NCBI GenBank assembly: GCA_905215655.1
Contig: CAJMQT010000001.1
Coordinates: 1-35,903 of the forward strand
From: an uncultured bacterium
GTDB lineage: Bacteria > Bacteroidota > Bacteroidia > Bacteroidales > Bacteroidaceae
Length of the DNA stretch: 35,903 nucleotides
Direction: 5' to 3'
Shown here: one piece after another, positions 1 through 10,392 of the stretch
How the letters are laid out: the number at the start of each line of letters is the position of its first letter
Numbering within the stretch: the first letter of the stretch is position 1
The notes under the pieces: generated by a model
The model's input: only the letters and a program-made list of their open reading frames with translations
Told to the model about the DNA's origin: nothing
The model's database searches: none
Position numbers and translations under genes: made by a program

Positions 1-39
1 AAAGCTGTTTCTCTTAATTGGCTTAACGCCGAACTTCGT

Positions 40-99
40 TTCTCAATTCTCAACTCTTAATTTTCAATTTTTCAATTTTTCAATTCTCAATTTTTCAAT
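40..99. repeat. TT(C/T)TCAA-type hepta/octamer tandem repeats overlapping the queG 3' end
   Basis: ttctcaattctcaactcttaattttcaatttttcaatttttcaattctcaatttttcaat; encodes the IEKLRIEKLKN tail. Confidence 0.75.
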
Positions 100-1020
100 G
101 GTGCGTATGTTCCTCATCAGTCCCTCGTATTTGGCTCGTTTCACGGCGCTGCCTTTGAACAGGAGGCGGTATTCTTCGGGCGTCAGAGAGTGCCAGCGGT
201 CGCGCGTCATTTGCAGAAGTTCGTCTTTGGGCGTCAGCAGCGGCTCGTCGGTCGGCTTGGCAAAGCGGTTCCACGGGCATGCCGTCTGGCAGCGGTCGCA
301 GCCGTAGACGGTGTCGCCCAGCTTGCAGGCAAGGTCGGAGGGGATGTCTCCGCGGTTCTCGATGGTCTGGTATGACAGGCAGCGTGCGGCGTCAACCGAG
401 CTGTTGTCAAGTCCGTTGACCGTCTCTTCGCTTATCGCGCCGCCGGGACAGGTGTCGATGCACGCCCTGCAACTGCCGCAACGCGACTTCGCCGGCTTGT
501 CGTATTCAAGTTCTACGTCGACAAACAGCTCGCCGAGAAAGAACATGCTGCCGGCGTGGGGGATGATGAGTTGGCTGTTCCTGCCTATCCACCCCAGTCC
601 TGCTTGTGCCGCCCAGTAGCGTTCGAGCACGGGAGCCGTGTCGCAGAAGGCGCGGTAATGTTGCAGCCCGAGCCGTGCGGCGAGCCGGTGCAGCTTGTCC
701 TTCATTATGTCGTGATAGTCGGCGCCGAGGGCGTAAGCGGCGAATTGCAGCTCGCCTTCGGGTATTCTGCGTGCCGGGGCGTAATTCAGCGCCACGCAGA
801 CAATGCTTTTCACGCCGTCCATGAGCAGCCGCGGGTCGAGCCGTTTGTCCGTGTTGTTCGCCATGTAAGCCATGTCTGCCTGATGTCCCAGCTCTATCCA
901 GCGCTTGAAGCGGCGTGCCGTCTCTTCATCGACGGGTGCCGCTTTTGCCGCTCCACAAGCAAAAAAGCCGAGGTTTGCAGCCTCGGCTTTTATCTGTTTA
1001 CTCGAAAGTTTTGAACTCAT
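64..1020 (-). CDS. queG: tRNA epoxyqueuosine(34) reductase QueG
   Basis: DTAPVLERYWA and GLGWIGRNS motifs; two Fe-S cysteine clusters (CGSCRACIDTCP, GCDRCQTACPWN). Confidence 0.95.
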   Translation of the reverse strand: MSSKLSSKQIKAEAANLGFFACGAAKAAPVDEETARRFKRWIELGHQADMAYMANNTDKRLDPRLLMDGVKSIVCVALNYAPARRIPEGELQFAAYALGADYHDIMKDKLHRLAARLGLQHYRAFCDTAPVLERYWAAQAGLGWIGRNSQLIIPHAGSMFFLGELFVDVELEYDKPAKSRCGSCRACIDTCPGGAISEETVNGLDNSSVDAARCLSYQTIENRGDIPSDLACKLGDTVYGCDRCQTACPWNRFAKPTDEPLLTPKDELLQMTRDRWHSLTPEEYRLLFKGSAVKRAKYEGLMRNIRTIEKLRIEKLKN

Positions 1021-1609
1021 AACCTTGCTCTTTAAGCCATTTCAGCGCCTCGGGCAGTGCGTAACGCAGCTTGTCAATGCTTTTAAGCGAGTCGTGAAAC
1101 GTTATTATCGAACCGTTACGCGTGTATGTCTTCACGTTGTGCAGCACGTCTTCTGCCGTCAGCCATTTGCTGTAATCGCGCGTCACAAGGTCCCACATCA
1201 CGATCCGGTATTTGCGTCCCAGCCAGAAATATTGTTCCCAACGCATCCAGCCGTGCGGCGGACGGAAGAGATGCGACCCTATAAGCTGGTTTGCCATCTC
1301 CACGTTCGCGCTGTATGCTTTCGGCGAATGCTTGAAACCGCCCCAGTGATTGAACGTATGGTTGCCCGTTCTGTGACCGGCGGCAACTATTTTTTCGAAC
1401 AGTTCAGGATATTTTCTTACGTTATCGCCAACCATGAAGAACGTTGCGCGGACGTCAAACCTTGCCAGCGTCTCCAAGATAAACGGCGTGGACTCGGGTA
1501 TCGGACCGTCATCGAAAGTCAGATATACCGATTTCTCGTTCTTGTCCATCCGCCACGTCGCTCTCGGATAAAGCCAACGTAACCATTTTGCCGGTTGCTC
1601 GATAATCAT
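998..1609 (-). CDS. Polysaccharide deacetylase (NodB/CE4 family)
   Basis: LTFDDGP, NHTFNH, FRPPHG and FHD motifs; 3' end overlaps the queG start. Confidence 0.93.
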   Translation of the reverse strand: MIIEQPAKWLRWLYPRATWRMDKNEKSVYLTFDDGPIPESTPFILETLARFDVRATFFMVGDNVRKYPELFEKIVAAGHRTGNHTFNHWGGFKHSPKAYSANVEMANQLIGSHLFRPPHGWMRWEQYFWLGRKYRIVMWDLVTRDYSKWLTAEDVLHNVKTYTRNGSIITFHDSLKSIDKLRYALPEALKWLKEQGYEFKTFE

Positions 1610-1616
1610 GTTTCCT

Positions 1617-1725
1617 TAATTAAGAGTGAAAATTTAAGAGTGAAGAGTGAAGAATTAAGAATTAAGAGTCGTGTGAAAAGATTTCAATTATATCTTTCTT
1701 AACCCTTAACTCTTAATTCTTAATT
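1617..1725. repeat. Heptamer repeats (AAGAGTG/AAGAATT) facing their complements, forming an inverted repeat
   Basis: AATTAAGAATTAAGAGT (1653-1669) pairs with ACTCTTAATTCTTAATT (1709-1725). Confidence 0.8.
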
Positions 1726-1728
1726 TAT

Positions 1729-4700
1729 TTATTGTTCTATTGTCGGCATGCGTCCGCCTTTGTTCTGATATGTCATGGCGTCGGCGTTGAGCTGTTTGTC
1801 CAACTGTTTCGACCAGTTGTTGTCTATCATTTCGGCAACCATGATGCAGTCATTCATTATGTAAAGATGTCCTAAACAGTCTCTTTCCGACATTATGAAG
1901 CGGCTGCCTTCCATCGAGTTATACCAGCCCATGTACTGGTGCGAGTTGTTGAATATCGCACTGACGATATGCTTTGCCTTCGCCATATTGCCTAAAAGTA
2001 CATAAGCCTTGGCAAGGTTCAGACCTTCGCCGAAGTACACATACGGGACATTATACTCGGGAATTACCTTCTCGCAGTAGGCAAGAGCCTTTGCAGCTTT
2101 GTCGTTTTTGCCCTCTTGAATGAGGTTGAGGGCGAGCTGTATGAAGAGGCGTCGGTGACCGTAACACATCTTCATGACTGTCTCGTCAAGGTAAATGCCC
2201 TTTTTATCGATACCTCCGTACTTGAAGCGGGTCATCAGATTGGTGTAAACTTTCTCTGTGTCGAAGTTCTTTACGCCGGCTACGTTCGTGGTGAACGGTG
2301 TGATGCGGTTGGCAAGTCCCTCCTGAACGAAGTTGTCGCCGAGGTTCATATAACTTTCCTGTCCTACCGTCGTAGCGACATAGACGGGGCGCGTCCAGTT
2401 GCATTGAGAGATTATTTCAAGCATCATAAGGTCGCCTTTGTACAGCGCGTTCTTGCCTTTCAGCGAGATGACCATGCGGTCCGGTATTGTGTCAGACGCC
2501 AACATCATGCCGCTTTTACGCACGGCGTCCTTGTCGATGGTAATATATAAGGTGTCCGTCGGAATGAAGTGCATGTCCGGATTGTTGCCTCTCACCCAGT
2601 ATTTGAGAATGTTCTTTACCTCGAAAGGCTCGTCTCCGAACGCGGCTTTCGCCTCCTCCGGGTTGGTCTTATAGAAGTCGAGAACTTGCTGTTTTGCCTC
2701 GGCTTGCACCTCAACGTACTCGTTTGTGCCCGAGCAATAGTCGAGACGCGGCCATGAGATGGGCAGTCGCGGAGAGTCGTATGCCTCTCGGCACATCTGG
2801 TCGATGTACCAGTCGGTCTGCAAATAACTGAGGTTGCAGACGCGGGCGTCGGTTCTTACGCCTTCAACTTCTTGGCTGTACCACAGCGGGAAGGTGTCGT
2901 TGTCGCCGTTGGTGAAGATTATCGGGTTGCCTTTGTCCTGCAATGACATCAAGTAATTCTGTCCGAAATCGCGGCAGGTGTAACGTCCGCTGCGGTCATG
3001 GTCGTCCCATGTCTGGCTTGCCATTTGTATAGGAACAAGCAGACATATTGCTGCAACAGCGGCAGAGACCGCCGTTCCGTTCAGATTGAGCCGTTTCAGA
3101 AGGTCTGTTATTGCTGCAACTCCGATACCGCACCATATCGCAAAGGCATAGAATGAGCCTGCGTAAGCATAGTCACGTTCACGCGGTTGCATCGGTGTTT
3201 GGTTCAGATAAAGCACTATTGCGAGACCTGTCATGAAGAAAAGGAAGAACACTACCCAGAACTGACGTATGCCTCGTTGTCCGCGGTAAGCCTGCCAGAA
3301 CAGACCGATAAGACCGAGCAGCAGCGGCAGACAGTAGAAGACGTTGTGTCCCTTGTTTTCTTTCAGCTCGTCGGGCAGCTTGCTTTGATCGCCCAGACGC
3401 CAGTTGTCGAAGAACGGAATGCCCGTAATCCAGTTGCCATGTTCAAGTTCTCCGTTGCCTTGAAGGTCGTTCTGACGTCCCGCAAAGTTCCACATGAAGT
3501 AGCGCCAGTACATGAAATTGCATTGATAAGACAGGAAGAAACGTATGTTCTCAAACTGTGTGGGCATTTTGACGGTTGTCATTTCGCCGCAACGGTCATA
3601 CGGAACCTGTGTTCCTTCGACGCCTCCCATCCAGCTTTCGTATGAGTCTGCATGTGCTGCATCCCACATTCGGGGGAACACCATGTTCTGTGCGTAGATG
3701 TAATCGGTCTTGTGGCGCACGATGAAGTATGAGTCTTTCTCGTCTTTCGACGCCTTTTCCTTGCGCTGGTATATCGCCTCTCCTTGTTTCATCGCCGGTT
3801 TGCAATAGTCGCCTTCGCGGTCTAATTTCACCTGAGAGGTGTACGCCTCGCCGTAAATCAGCGGACTGTTGCCGTATTGGTCGCGGCTGAGGTAACTGCC
3901 GAGGGTAAAGATATCCTCGGGCGAGTTCTGATCCATTGGCGTGTTTGCGGAAGATCTTATTACGATAAGTGCGTAACTTGAATATCCGATCATAAGCATA
4001 AGCATGCAGAGCAGGGTGGTGTTCTTGATGCGTGAGCTTACCAACGGTTTCTTGTTGACCTTGCGGTTGATGACAAACCAGATGCAGGCGAGCAGCACAA
4101 TGCCAATGATGAATGCTGTGACTCCGTGTCCGAAGAAAGGCACTCCGAGCATTGCCACCGAGAGGAGGAATGAGATATTCTCGCGCTTCGGGCTGTTACC
4201 GCCGTAGCTTTCGTAGATAGCCCAGATCACGACGGCGACGAGCAGGAAGATGTAAATTATCTCGCCGGTGTTGAACGGACAGCCGAGCGTGTTGACAAAG
4301 AACAACTCGAACATTCCGCCTACCTTGATAATGCCCGGCACGACGCCGTAAAGTATTGCCGCAACGAGGGCGAACGATATGGCGAGAGCTATGAGCGAGC
4401 CTTTCAAATCGGCGTTGGGGAACTTGCGGTAGTAGAACACAAGGACGATTGCGGGCACGCAAAGAAGGTTCAGAAGGTGTACGCCGACGCTCAGTCCGGT
4501 CATGTACGTTATGAGCACAAGCCAGCGGTCGCTGTGCGGCTCGTCGGCATGGTCTTCCCATTTAAGTATCAGCCAGAACACAACGGCGGTGAAAGCCGAC
4601 GAGTAGGCGTAGACTTCGCCCTCGACGGCGCTGAACCAGAATGTGTCGCTGAACGTGTAAATAAGCGCTCCTACCAGTCCGCTCGCCTCGATGGCAATGA

Positions 4701-5049
4701 GCTTTCCGAGGTTCATTTGGCTCCAGTCTTTCAGTATCAGCTTGCGAGTCAGGTGCGTGATGGTCCAGAACAGGAACATGATACACGTGGCGCTGAGCAG
4801 CGCGCTCATTATGTTTACCATGCGTGCCACCTGCGTCGGGTCGCTTGCGAACTGTGAGAAGAAGTTTGCCGTGAGCATGAAGAACGGTGCTCCGGGCGGG
4901 TGACCGATTTCAAGTTTGTATCCTGTAATGATAAACTCGGGGCAATCCCAGAAGCTTGCCGTCGGCTCGATAGTGCTGCAATAAACAAAGGCTGCGATGG
5001 CAAATGCCAACCAACCCAAGATATTGTCCACCAATTTAAACTGTTTCAT
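1729..5049 (-). CDS. DUF2723 (TMEM260/GT117-like) polytopic GT-C glycosyltransferase with large C-terminal soluble domain
   Basis: SFWDCPEFI, GHPPGAP, FWFSAVEGEVY, QPRERDY and FTNGDNDTFPLWY motifs; many TM segments. Confidence 0.9.
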   Translation of the reverse strand: MKQFKLVDNILGWLAFAIAAFVYCSTIEPTASFWDCPEFIITGYKLEIGHPPGAPFFMLTANFFSQFASDPTQVARMVNIMSALLSATCIMFLFWTITHLTRKLILKDWSQMNLGKLIAIEASGLVGALIYTFSDTFWFSAVEGEVYAYSSAFTAVVFWLILKWEDHADEPHSDRWLVLITYMTGLSVGVHLLNLLCVPAIVLVFYYRKFPNADLKGSLIALAISFALVAAILYGVVPGIIKVGGMFELFFVNTLGCPFNTGEIIYIFLLVAVVIWAIYESYGGNSPKRENISFLLSVAMLGVPFFGHGVTAFIIGIVLLACIWFVINRKVNKKPLVSSRIKNTTLLCMLMLMIGYSSYALIVIRSSANTPMDQNSPEDIFTLGSYLSRDQYGNSPLIYGEAYTSQVKLDREGDYCKPAMKQGEAIYQRKEKASKDEKDSYFIVRHKTDYIYAQNMVFPRMWDAAHADSYESWMGGVEGTQVPYDRCGEMTTVKMPTQFENIRFFLSYQCNFMYWRYFMWNFAGRQNDLQGNGELEHGNWITGIPFFDNWRLGDQSKLPDELKENKGHNVFYCLPLLLGLIGLFWQAYRGQRGIRQFWVVFFLFFMTGLAIVLYLNQTPMQPRERDYAYAGSFYAFAIWCGIGVAAITDLLKRLNLNGTAVSAAVAAICLLVPIQMASQTWDDHDRSGRYTCRDFGQNYLMSLQDKGNPIIFTNGDNDTFPLWYSQEVEGVRTDARVCNLSYLQTDWYIDQMCREAYDSPRLPISWPRLDYCSGTNEYVEVQAEAKQQVLDFYKTNPEEAKAAFGDEPFEVKNILKYWVRGNNPDMHFIPTDTLYITIDKDAVRKSGMMLASDTIPDRMVISLKGKNALYKGDLMMLEIISQCNWTRPVYVATTVGQESYMNLGDNFVQEGLANRITPFTTNVAGVKNFDTEKVYTNLMTRFKYGGIDKKGIYLDETVMKMCYGHRRLFIQLALNLIQEGKNDKAAKALAYCEKVIPEYNVPYVYFGEGLNLAKAYVLLGNMAKAKHIVSAIFNNSHQYMGWYNSMEGSRFIMSERDCLGHLYIMNDCIMVAEMIDNNWSKQLDKQLNADAMTYQNKGGRMPTIEQ

Positions 5050-5100
5050 TTATCGATTCAGATTGTATTTTGTTATAAAAATCTTTTGTGATAAAGGTAA

Positions 5101-5129
5101 ATCTTTGCATAATTTATCATGCAAAGATA
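5101..5129 (-). promoter_or_regulatory. Bacteroidota -7 promoter element for the DUF2723 operon, overlapped by a 10-bp inverted repeat
   Basis: TATCTTTG on minus strand (5122-5129); ATCTTTGCAT-N8-ATGCAAAGAT at 5101-5128. Confidence 0.65.
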
Positions 5130-5240
5130 CAAAGTTTGTATTGCTTATCGGGGCATTTATTATTCTTTAACGCATTTTTCAATGTGCCAAGGACTATTTA
5201 AGATGTCTTTTTCCTTAAATCGCCTGTCTCATAAATCTTC

Positions 5241-5693
5241 TCAGAAAAGCGCCTGCACGCCGTAAACGAGCGCCACATATCTCAGAAATTTGCCTATCGT
5301 TATGCTGGTGACCGATATCGGGATGTTGGAGCGCATCAGTCCGAGAAGTATCGTTATGGCGCTGCCGAGAATGGGCAGGAAGGCGAAAAAGCCCATCCAA
5401 GCTCCTCTGCCAGCCATGAAACGTTGTGCCCGGTCGAGGTCTTTCTTTTTGACATGCAGATATTTCTCTATCCAATCGAGACGCCCGAGGCGTCCGATGA
5501 AGTAGTTGAACATACCTCCCACGACGTTGCCGATTGTGCCGTAGACGATAAGTTGCCAGCCGTCCAGCCCGGCGGCAAGCAGCCCTACCATCACAGCCTC
5601 GCTGCTGAACGGCAGAAAACTTCCGGCAAGGAACGCAGACATAAGCATTCCCCAATAGCCGTAACTGATAAGAAAATCAATCAGGACATCCAT
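5241..5693 (-). CDS. YqaA/DedA (VTT domain) membrane protein
   Basis: SAFLAGSFLPFSSE, GNVVGG..NY, FLPILG and GKFLRY motifs. Confidence 0.9.
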   Translation of the reverse strand: MDVLIDFLISYGYWGMLMSAFLAGSFLPFSSEAVMVGLLAAGLDGWQLIVYGTIGNVVGGMFNYFIGRLGRLDWIEKYLHVKKKDLDRAQRFMAGRGAWMGFFAFLPILGSAITILLGLMRSNIPISVTSITIGKFLRYVALVYGVQALF

Positions 5694-6607
5694 ATATTAT
5701 ATAAGGTGAGTGCCGCCGCCGAGAAGACGATAAGGCAGAACACGATGTTGGTGATCCGTGTCCGTGTAAGTGCAAGGAAGTGAGCCGTCAGCGTGCCGGC
5801 GGTGATTATCAGCAGCCCAAGCAGCGGCTCGATGTATTGAGGCTGCAAAATGATGAAAACAAAGGTTGCCGCGTTCATCGCGATAAGCATCTCATAAATC
5901 ATCCGTGTGCGGATCTTGTCTTTATAAGAGTTGCGCAGAAAGTGTATCGTGCCCAGCAAAGAGAGCGCCGAGACGTAGCAGAATGTTATGAGCTGATGCG
6001 TCTCCACGCCGTCGAAACGGCACAGAGGGGCGAAGTCGGCTATCTCCGCTACGTTGCGGACAAAGACGTCGAGGCTGTCAGTAAGGATGAAATACGCAGC
6101 CAAGAACCAGTACGGCGTGATAATTCCGAGCAGCGAGGCGGGTATCGTCCGCGGACTGAACATCATCAGGTTTGCCGCCATCAATACCCAGAGAACGGGC
6201 ACGAAGAACAGTATCTGTATGAAGGACAGGCTCGCTACGCCAAGAAACAGGAAGGCGTAAAACACTTTTCCAAAGGCGCGCTTGTCCTGATACCCGCCGA
6301 GAAGGACGGAGTAGGCGAGTATCATGCAAAGCTGTACTCTGAGCGTACCGGGCTGATTGAAAGTGAAAGCCGCCGCCGTGGTGAGCACGAGAAACGAGCA
6401 TGAGACCATCCTGCTGTATGTTCTGATAAGCGCGTTGCGGTTGTTCAGCTCAACCATCAGGTAAGTCGAGACGCCGAGCAGCATTATCCATTCATACGAA
6501 TTCTTCTCGAACAGTCCGCCGAGCAGCCACATGGCAAGCGTCAGCGCTGTCGTTACGGGCAGCGTGAAGCGGCTTTCGGATATTTTGTTTTGCAGTCTCT
6601 TGGGCAT
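5681..6607 (-). CDS. Conserved Bacteroidota polytopic membrane protein (DUF6427-like)
   Basis: Multiple TM segments; ELNNRNALIR and YKDKIRTR; position downstream of purD. Confidence 0.7.
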   Translation of the reverse strand: MPKRLQNKISESRFTLPVTTALTLAMWLLGGLFEKNSYEWIMLLGVSTYLMVELNNRNALIRTYSRMVSCSFLVLTTAAAFTFNQPGTLRVQLCMILAYSVLLGGYQDKRAFGKVFYAFLFLGVASLSFIQILFFVPVLWVLMAANLMMFSPRTIPASLLGIITPYWFLAAYFILTDSLDVFVRNVAEIADFAPLCRFDGVETHQLITFCYVSALSLLGTIHFLRNSYKDKIRTRMIYEMLIAMNAATFVFIILQPQYIEPLLGLLIITAGTLTAHFLALTRTRITNIVFCLIVFSAAALTLYNIWMS

Positions 6608-6716
6608 GTTTCGTTTCTATGTCTGTGAATTTTCCGTCGAAAGATTGCCTTGCTTACAATCTCTTAATATTTCGAGGCTTTTTCTTACGGTTTTCATCGG
6701 CAAACGCCCGTTTTCC

Positions 6717-6826
6717 AAAAGGCGGTCTTTTGGCGTGTAAAAGGTTATCTTTTAGCGCGTGAAAGACCGTCTTTTGCAAGGTAAAAGGCTACCTTTTAAA
6801 ATCGTAAGTGCCGTCTTTTGCAAATC
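6717..6826 (+). repeat. 22-bp-period palindromic array 1 (5 units, AAAAG-N5-CTTTT-N7)
   Basis: Units start at 6717, 6739, 6761, 6783, 6805. Confidence 0.9.
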
Positions 6827-6872
6827 CGACTGTTTGCTGTCAGGATTTATTACCTTTTCTTTCAGTTTCCTT

Positions 6873-8141
6873 TTAAAGGTCTTTGCCTATGTCGCTGCGG
6901 AAATATTTGTCTTTGAAAACTATTTTCCGAGCCTCACGGAACGATTTTTCCAGAGCCTCGCTCTTGTCTTTTCCATACGAGCTTACGGCTATTACGCGAC
7001 CTCCGGCGGTAACCGTTTCGCCGTCTTTCATCGCCGTTCCCGAGTGGAACACGATGCTTCCTTCAACGCTGTCAATGCCCGTTATCGGGTAACCTTTCAC
7101 GTATTTCTCGGGATAACCGCCGCTGACGAGCATTACGCAGACTGCGGCGCGCGGGTCAAACTCAATCTCGCGCTTGTCAAGGTCGCCATTGGCAACGCCT
7201 TCAAACAGGTCTACGATGTCGCTTTTCAGACGCAGCATGACGCTCTCCGTCTCGGGGTCGCCCATGCGGCAGTTGTATTCGATGACCATAGGCTCGCCTT
7301 CCACGTTGATAAGTCCGAAGAAGATAAAGCCTTTGTAGTCGATATTTTCGACCGCAAGTCCGTCCACCGTCGGGCGGATTATGCGCTCCTCGACCTTCTG
7401 CATCCACTCTTTCGTGGCGAAGGGTACGGGCGTCACGCTGCCCATTCCGCCGGTGTTGAGACCCGTGTCGTGTTCTCCGATGCGCTTGTAGTCCTTAGCC
7501 TCGGGCAGTATTTTGTAGTTCTTGCCGTCCGTGAGCACGAAGACGGAGCACTCGATGCCGCTCAGAAACTCCTCGATAACGACGTTTGCCGACGCGTTGC
7601 CGAACATTCCGCCGAGCATATCCTTGAATTCTTTCTTTGCCTCGTCGAGCGTCGGAACGATGAGAACGCCCTTTCCGGCGCACAGTCCGTCGGCTTTCAG
7701 CACGTAAGGCGGCTGCAACGTCTCCAGGAAAGCCAGTCCTTCGTCGATGTTCGTGCCGTTGAATGTACGATATTTTGCCGTCGGGATGTTGTGCCTTTGC
7801 ATGAAAGCCTTGGCAAAGTCTTTGCTGCCTTCGAGCACGGCGCCCTGCTTCGACGGGCCGATTACGGGTATCGCGGCTGTGCGGCTGTCGTTCTTGAAGT
7901 CGTCATAGATACCCTTTACCAGCGGGTCTTCCGGTCCTACAACCACCATGTCGATACCTTTCTCCACGGCAAAAGCCTTCAATGCCTCGAAGTCGTCAGC
8001 CTTGATATCAACGTTCTCGCCTACGTTTGATGTGCCGGCGTTGCCGGGAGCGATGTACAGTTTGTCTGTTTTCGGGCTCTGTGCTATCTTCCATGCAAGC
8101 GCATGTTCGCGCCCGCCGCTGCCCAATAATAATATTTTCAT
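6873..8141 (-). CDS. purD: Phosphoribosylamine--glycine ligase
   Basis: [37 protein letters not shown] and [10 protein letters not shown] motifs. Confidence 0.98.
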   Translation of the reverse strand: MKILLLGSGGREHALAWKIAQSPKTDKLYIAPGNAGTSNVGENVDIKADDFEALKAFAVEKGIDMVVVGPEDPLVKGIYDDFKNDSRTAAIPVIGPSKQGAVLEGSKDFAKAFMQRHNIPTAKYRTFNGTNIDEGLAFLETLQPPYVLKADGLCAGKGVLIVPTLDEAKKEFKDMLGGMFGNASANVVIEEFLSGIECSVFVLTDGKNYKILPEAKDYKRIGEHDTGLNTGGMGSVTPVPFATKEWMQKVEERIIRPTVDGLAVENIDYKGFIFFGLINVEGEPMVIEYNCRMGDPETESVMLRLKSDIVDLFEGVANGDLDKREIEFDPRAAVCVMLVSGGYPEKYVKGYPITGIDSVEGSIVFHSGTAMKDGETVTAGGRVIAVSSYGKDKSEALEKSFREARKIVFKDKYFRSDIGKDL

Positions 8142-8160
8142 GTCTTTGCTTGTTATCGTT

Positions 8161-10392
8161 TTACTTTAAATAATCCTCAAAATAACGGGTGATACGTTCG
8201 TGCAGATGCACGCTCTTGTGTCCCATCATGTTATGTCCTTCGCCCGGATAGACAAAGAAATCGGGCTGTGTGCCCGCCTCCGAGCATGCGTTGAGGAACT
8301 GTAATGCGTGCTGCGGCACCACCGTCGGGTCGTTCATGCCGATTATTATCTGGAGTCTGCCTTTCAGGTTTTTCGCCTTGTCGAGCAGACTTGTCTTCTT
8401 GTAGCCCTCCGGATTGCTCTCCGGCGTGTCCATGTAGCGCTCGCCGTACATCACTTCGTACCACTTCCAGTCGATTACCGGACCGCCGGCAACGCCCGCC
8501 TTGAATACGTCCGGATAGTTCAGCATGAGCGAGATGGTCATAAATCCGCCGAAGCTCCAGCCGTGAACGCCGAGCCGCTGCATGTCGACGTATGGCAATG
8601 TGCGCAGGAATTCTACACCCTTCATCTGGTCTTTCATCTCTTCCTGACCGAGATTTCTGAACGTAGCCTGCTCAAATTCCATGCCGCGGTTCTCGCTGCC
8701 GCGGTTGTCCAAGATGAAGACAATGTATCCTTTCTGCGCCATGTATGTCTCCCACGAACGGCTCATCCAGTGCCAACGTGCGTCGACATTATGTGCATGA
8801 GGACCGCCGTAGACGTAAATGACGGTGGGATATTTCTTCTTCGGATTGAAATTCAGGGGTTTCACCATGCGGTAATAAAGGTCGGTCGTGCCGTCGGCTG
8901 CCTTAATCGTGCCGCACGAATACTCCGGAACGCCGTATCCTTTCCATGGGTCGGGAGCGCTGAAAATAAGATTTCGCTTAGCCGAAGATGTGTTGACAAC
9001 TTCAATATTGCGCGGTACGTCGGGCTCGGAATACTTGTCATAAAGCATCGTTCCGTTGCTTGCGAGTACTCCATAATGAACTCCGCGACCGTTGTCAAGC
9101 GCCGTCCGCCGTCCGTCGGCTGTGCTTACGGCGTACAGATTGCTTTGAAGCGGACTCTTTTCGGTTGAAAGGATTATCGCGCTTTTGGTCTTTTTGTTAA
9201 ATCCCAAAAGCTCTTGTACGAGCCAGTCGCCCTTTGTCAGCTGCTTTGTCAGCAGGTATTCGGTGTATCGGCTGCCCGTTTTGGTAGTCTTGACGCCTGC
9301 GTCCGCCTTCTTCTTCAAGTCCATGAGATACAGGTGGTTGTAGCCGTCGCGGGCGCTTTGGAGGATGAATTTGCCATTATCCCACGGCAGGAAGACAATC
9401 GGATGGAGCGGTTCCACGTATTTGTCGTGGTGCTCCGTATAGAGCGTTGCCGTCTTCTCGCCGGTCAGGGCGTCGTAAGCCGTCAGCTCGGCATCGGTCT
9501 GATCGCGGTTCAGCTCTATCATATAAACCGTCGTTCCGTCGGTATTCCATGCAATGTTGGTGAAGTAACGGTCGGTAGGATCGCCCGTTTTGAGATATAC
9601 GGTCTTGCCCGTCGCGGTGTCAAAGATGCCCACCGTCACCTTGTGAGACGTCATTCCTGCCATCGGATACTTGTCCGGCTCAGCCTCGGCGATGCGTGTA
9701 AAGGTGTTCACCTGCGGATAGTCGGTCACCATGCTCTGGTCCATGCGGTAGAAAGCGAGCCTCGTTCCCGCCTCGTTCCAGAACAAACCTTTCATTATTC
9801 CGAACTCGTTTCGATGTACGGCTTGCCCGTAAACAATCTCCCGGCTGCCGTCCGTTGTCAGTTGTGTGACCTTCCCTGACGCGTCGGTAACATAGAGGTT
9901 GTTGTCTTTGATGAATGCAACGGCTCTCGACTTGGAGTTCCATTCTGCGTTGCTTTCATCCTTGCAGCTCTGTCGCCAGACGCATTTCTTTGTCTTGAAG
10001 TTTACGAGCAGTCGCTCGTCCTTCGTCCTTACAAGCACTAACGGCTCGTCGGCGTAAGGAAAAGAGGCGTACATCAGGTTGCGCACTTTTACCTTATCGT
10101 CGGCTCCTATTGCCGAGTTTATCTCGTCAATGGTGAAGAGCGGTGCCTTCTTTCCGTTCGTCTTATTGATTATTCCGCAATCTTCGACATCCTTTTCCAC
10201 AAGGTTTTCGCCCCACCAAGACAAGTACTTGTTGGCGGGAGACATGTTCCGATAGTTGTTCCCGCCGAAGTTGAGGTCTTCAAGGGTGAACTCTTTAAGT
10301 TGCGCTTTTGCCGTCATAGCCGATAAAACGGTGGCTGTCACGAGGAGACAGAGCCTCAGCGACTGCCACATCTTGCTGTTATTCCTCATCAT
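8161..10392 (-). CDS. S9B dipeptidyl-peptidase IV / prolyl tripeptidyl peptidase, secreted; start trimmed to MMRNNSK
   Basis: GWSFGG catalytic Ser, NDPTV Asp, GEGH His, HRNEFG; signal peptide after 10392; the upstream ORF extension overlaps the THUMP gene. Confidence 0.92.
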   Translation of the reverse strand: MMRNNSKMWQSLRLCLLVTATVLSAMTAKAQLKEFTLEDLNFGGNNYRNMSPANKYLSWWGENLVEKDVEDCGIINKTNGKKAPLFTIDEINSAIGADDKVKVRNLMYASFPYADEPLVLVRTKDERLLVNFKTKKCVWRQSCKDESNAEWNSKSRAVAFIKDNNLYVTDASGKVTQLTTDGSREIVYGQAVHRNEFGIMKGLFWNEAGTRLAFYRMDQSMVTDYPQVNTFTRIAEAEPDKYPMAGMTSHKVTVGIFDTATGKTVYLKTGDPTDRYFTNIAWNTDGTTVYMIELNRDQTDAELTAYDALTGEKTATLYTEHHDKYVEPLHPIVFLPWDNGKFILQSARDGYNHLYLMDLKKKADAGVKTTKTGSRYTEYLLTKQLTKGDWLVQELLGFNKKTKSAIILSTEKSPLQSNLYAVSTADGRRTALDNGRGVHYGVLASNGTMLYDKYSEPDVPRNIEVVNTSSAKRNLIFSAPDPWKGYGVPEYSCGTIKAADGTTDLYYRMVKPLNFNPKKKYPTVIYVYGGPHAHNVDARWHWMSRSWETYMAQKGYIVFILDNRGSENRGMEFEQATFRNLGQEEMKDQMKGVEFLRTLPYVDMQRLGVHGWSFGGFMTISLMLNYPDVFKAGVAGGPVIDWKWYEVMYGERYMDTPESNPEGYKKTSLLDKAKNLKGRLQIIIGMNDPTVVPQHALQFLNACSEAGTQPDFFVYPGEGHNMMGHKSVHLHERITRYFEDYLK

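Noticed and set aside
6717..6826. 22-bp arrays as CRISPR arrays
   Set aside because: Linkers are only 7 nt and recur, repeats are degenerate, and there are no cas genes
6759..8030. 423-aa plus-strand ORF and the other long antisense ORFs (e.g. 8308-9168, 10937-11755, 19515-20279, 24142-24858)
   Set aside because: Shadow frames of well-supported genes with no recognisable motifs
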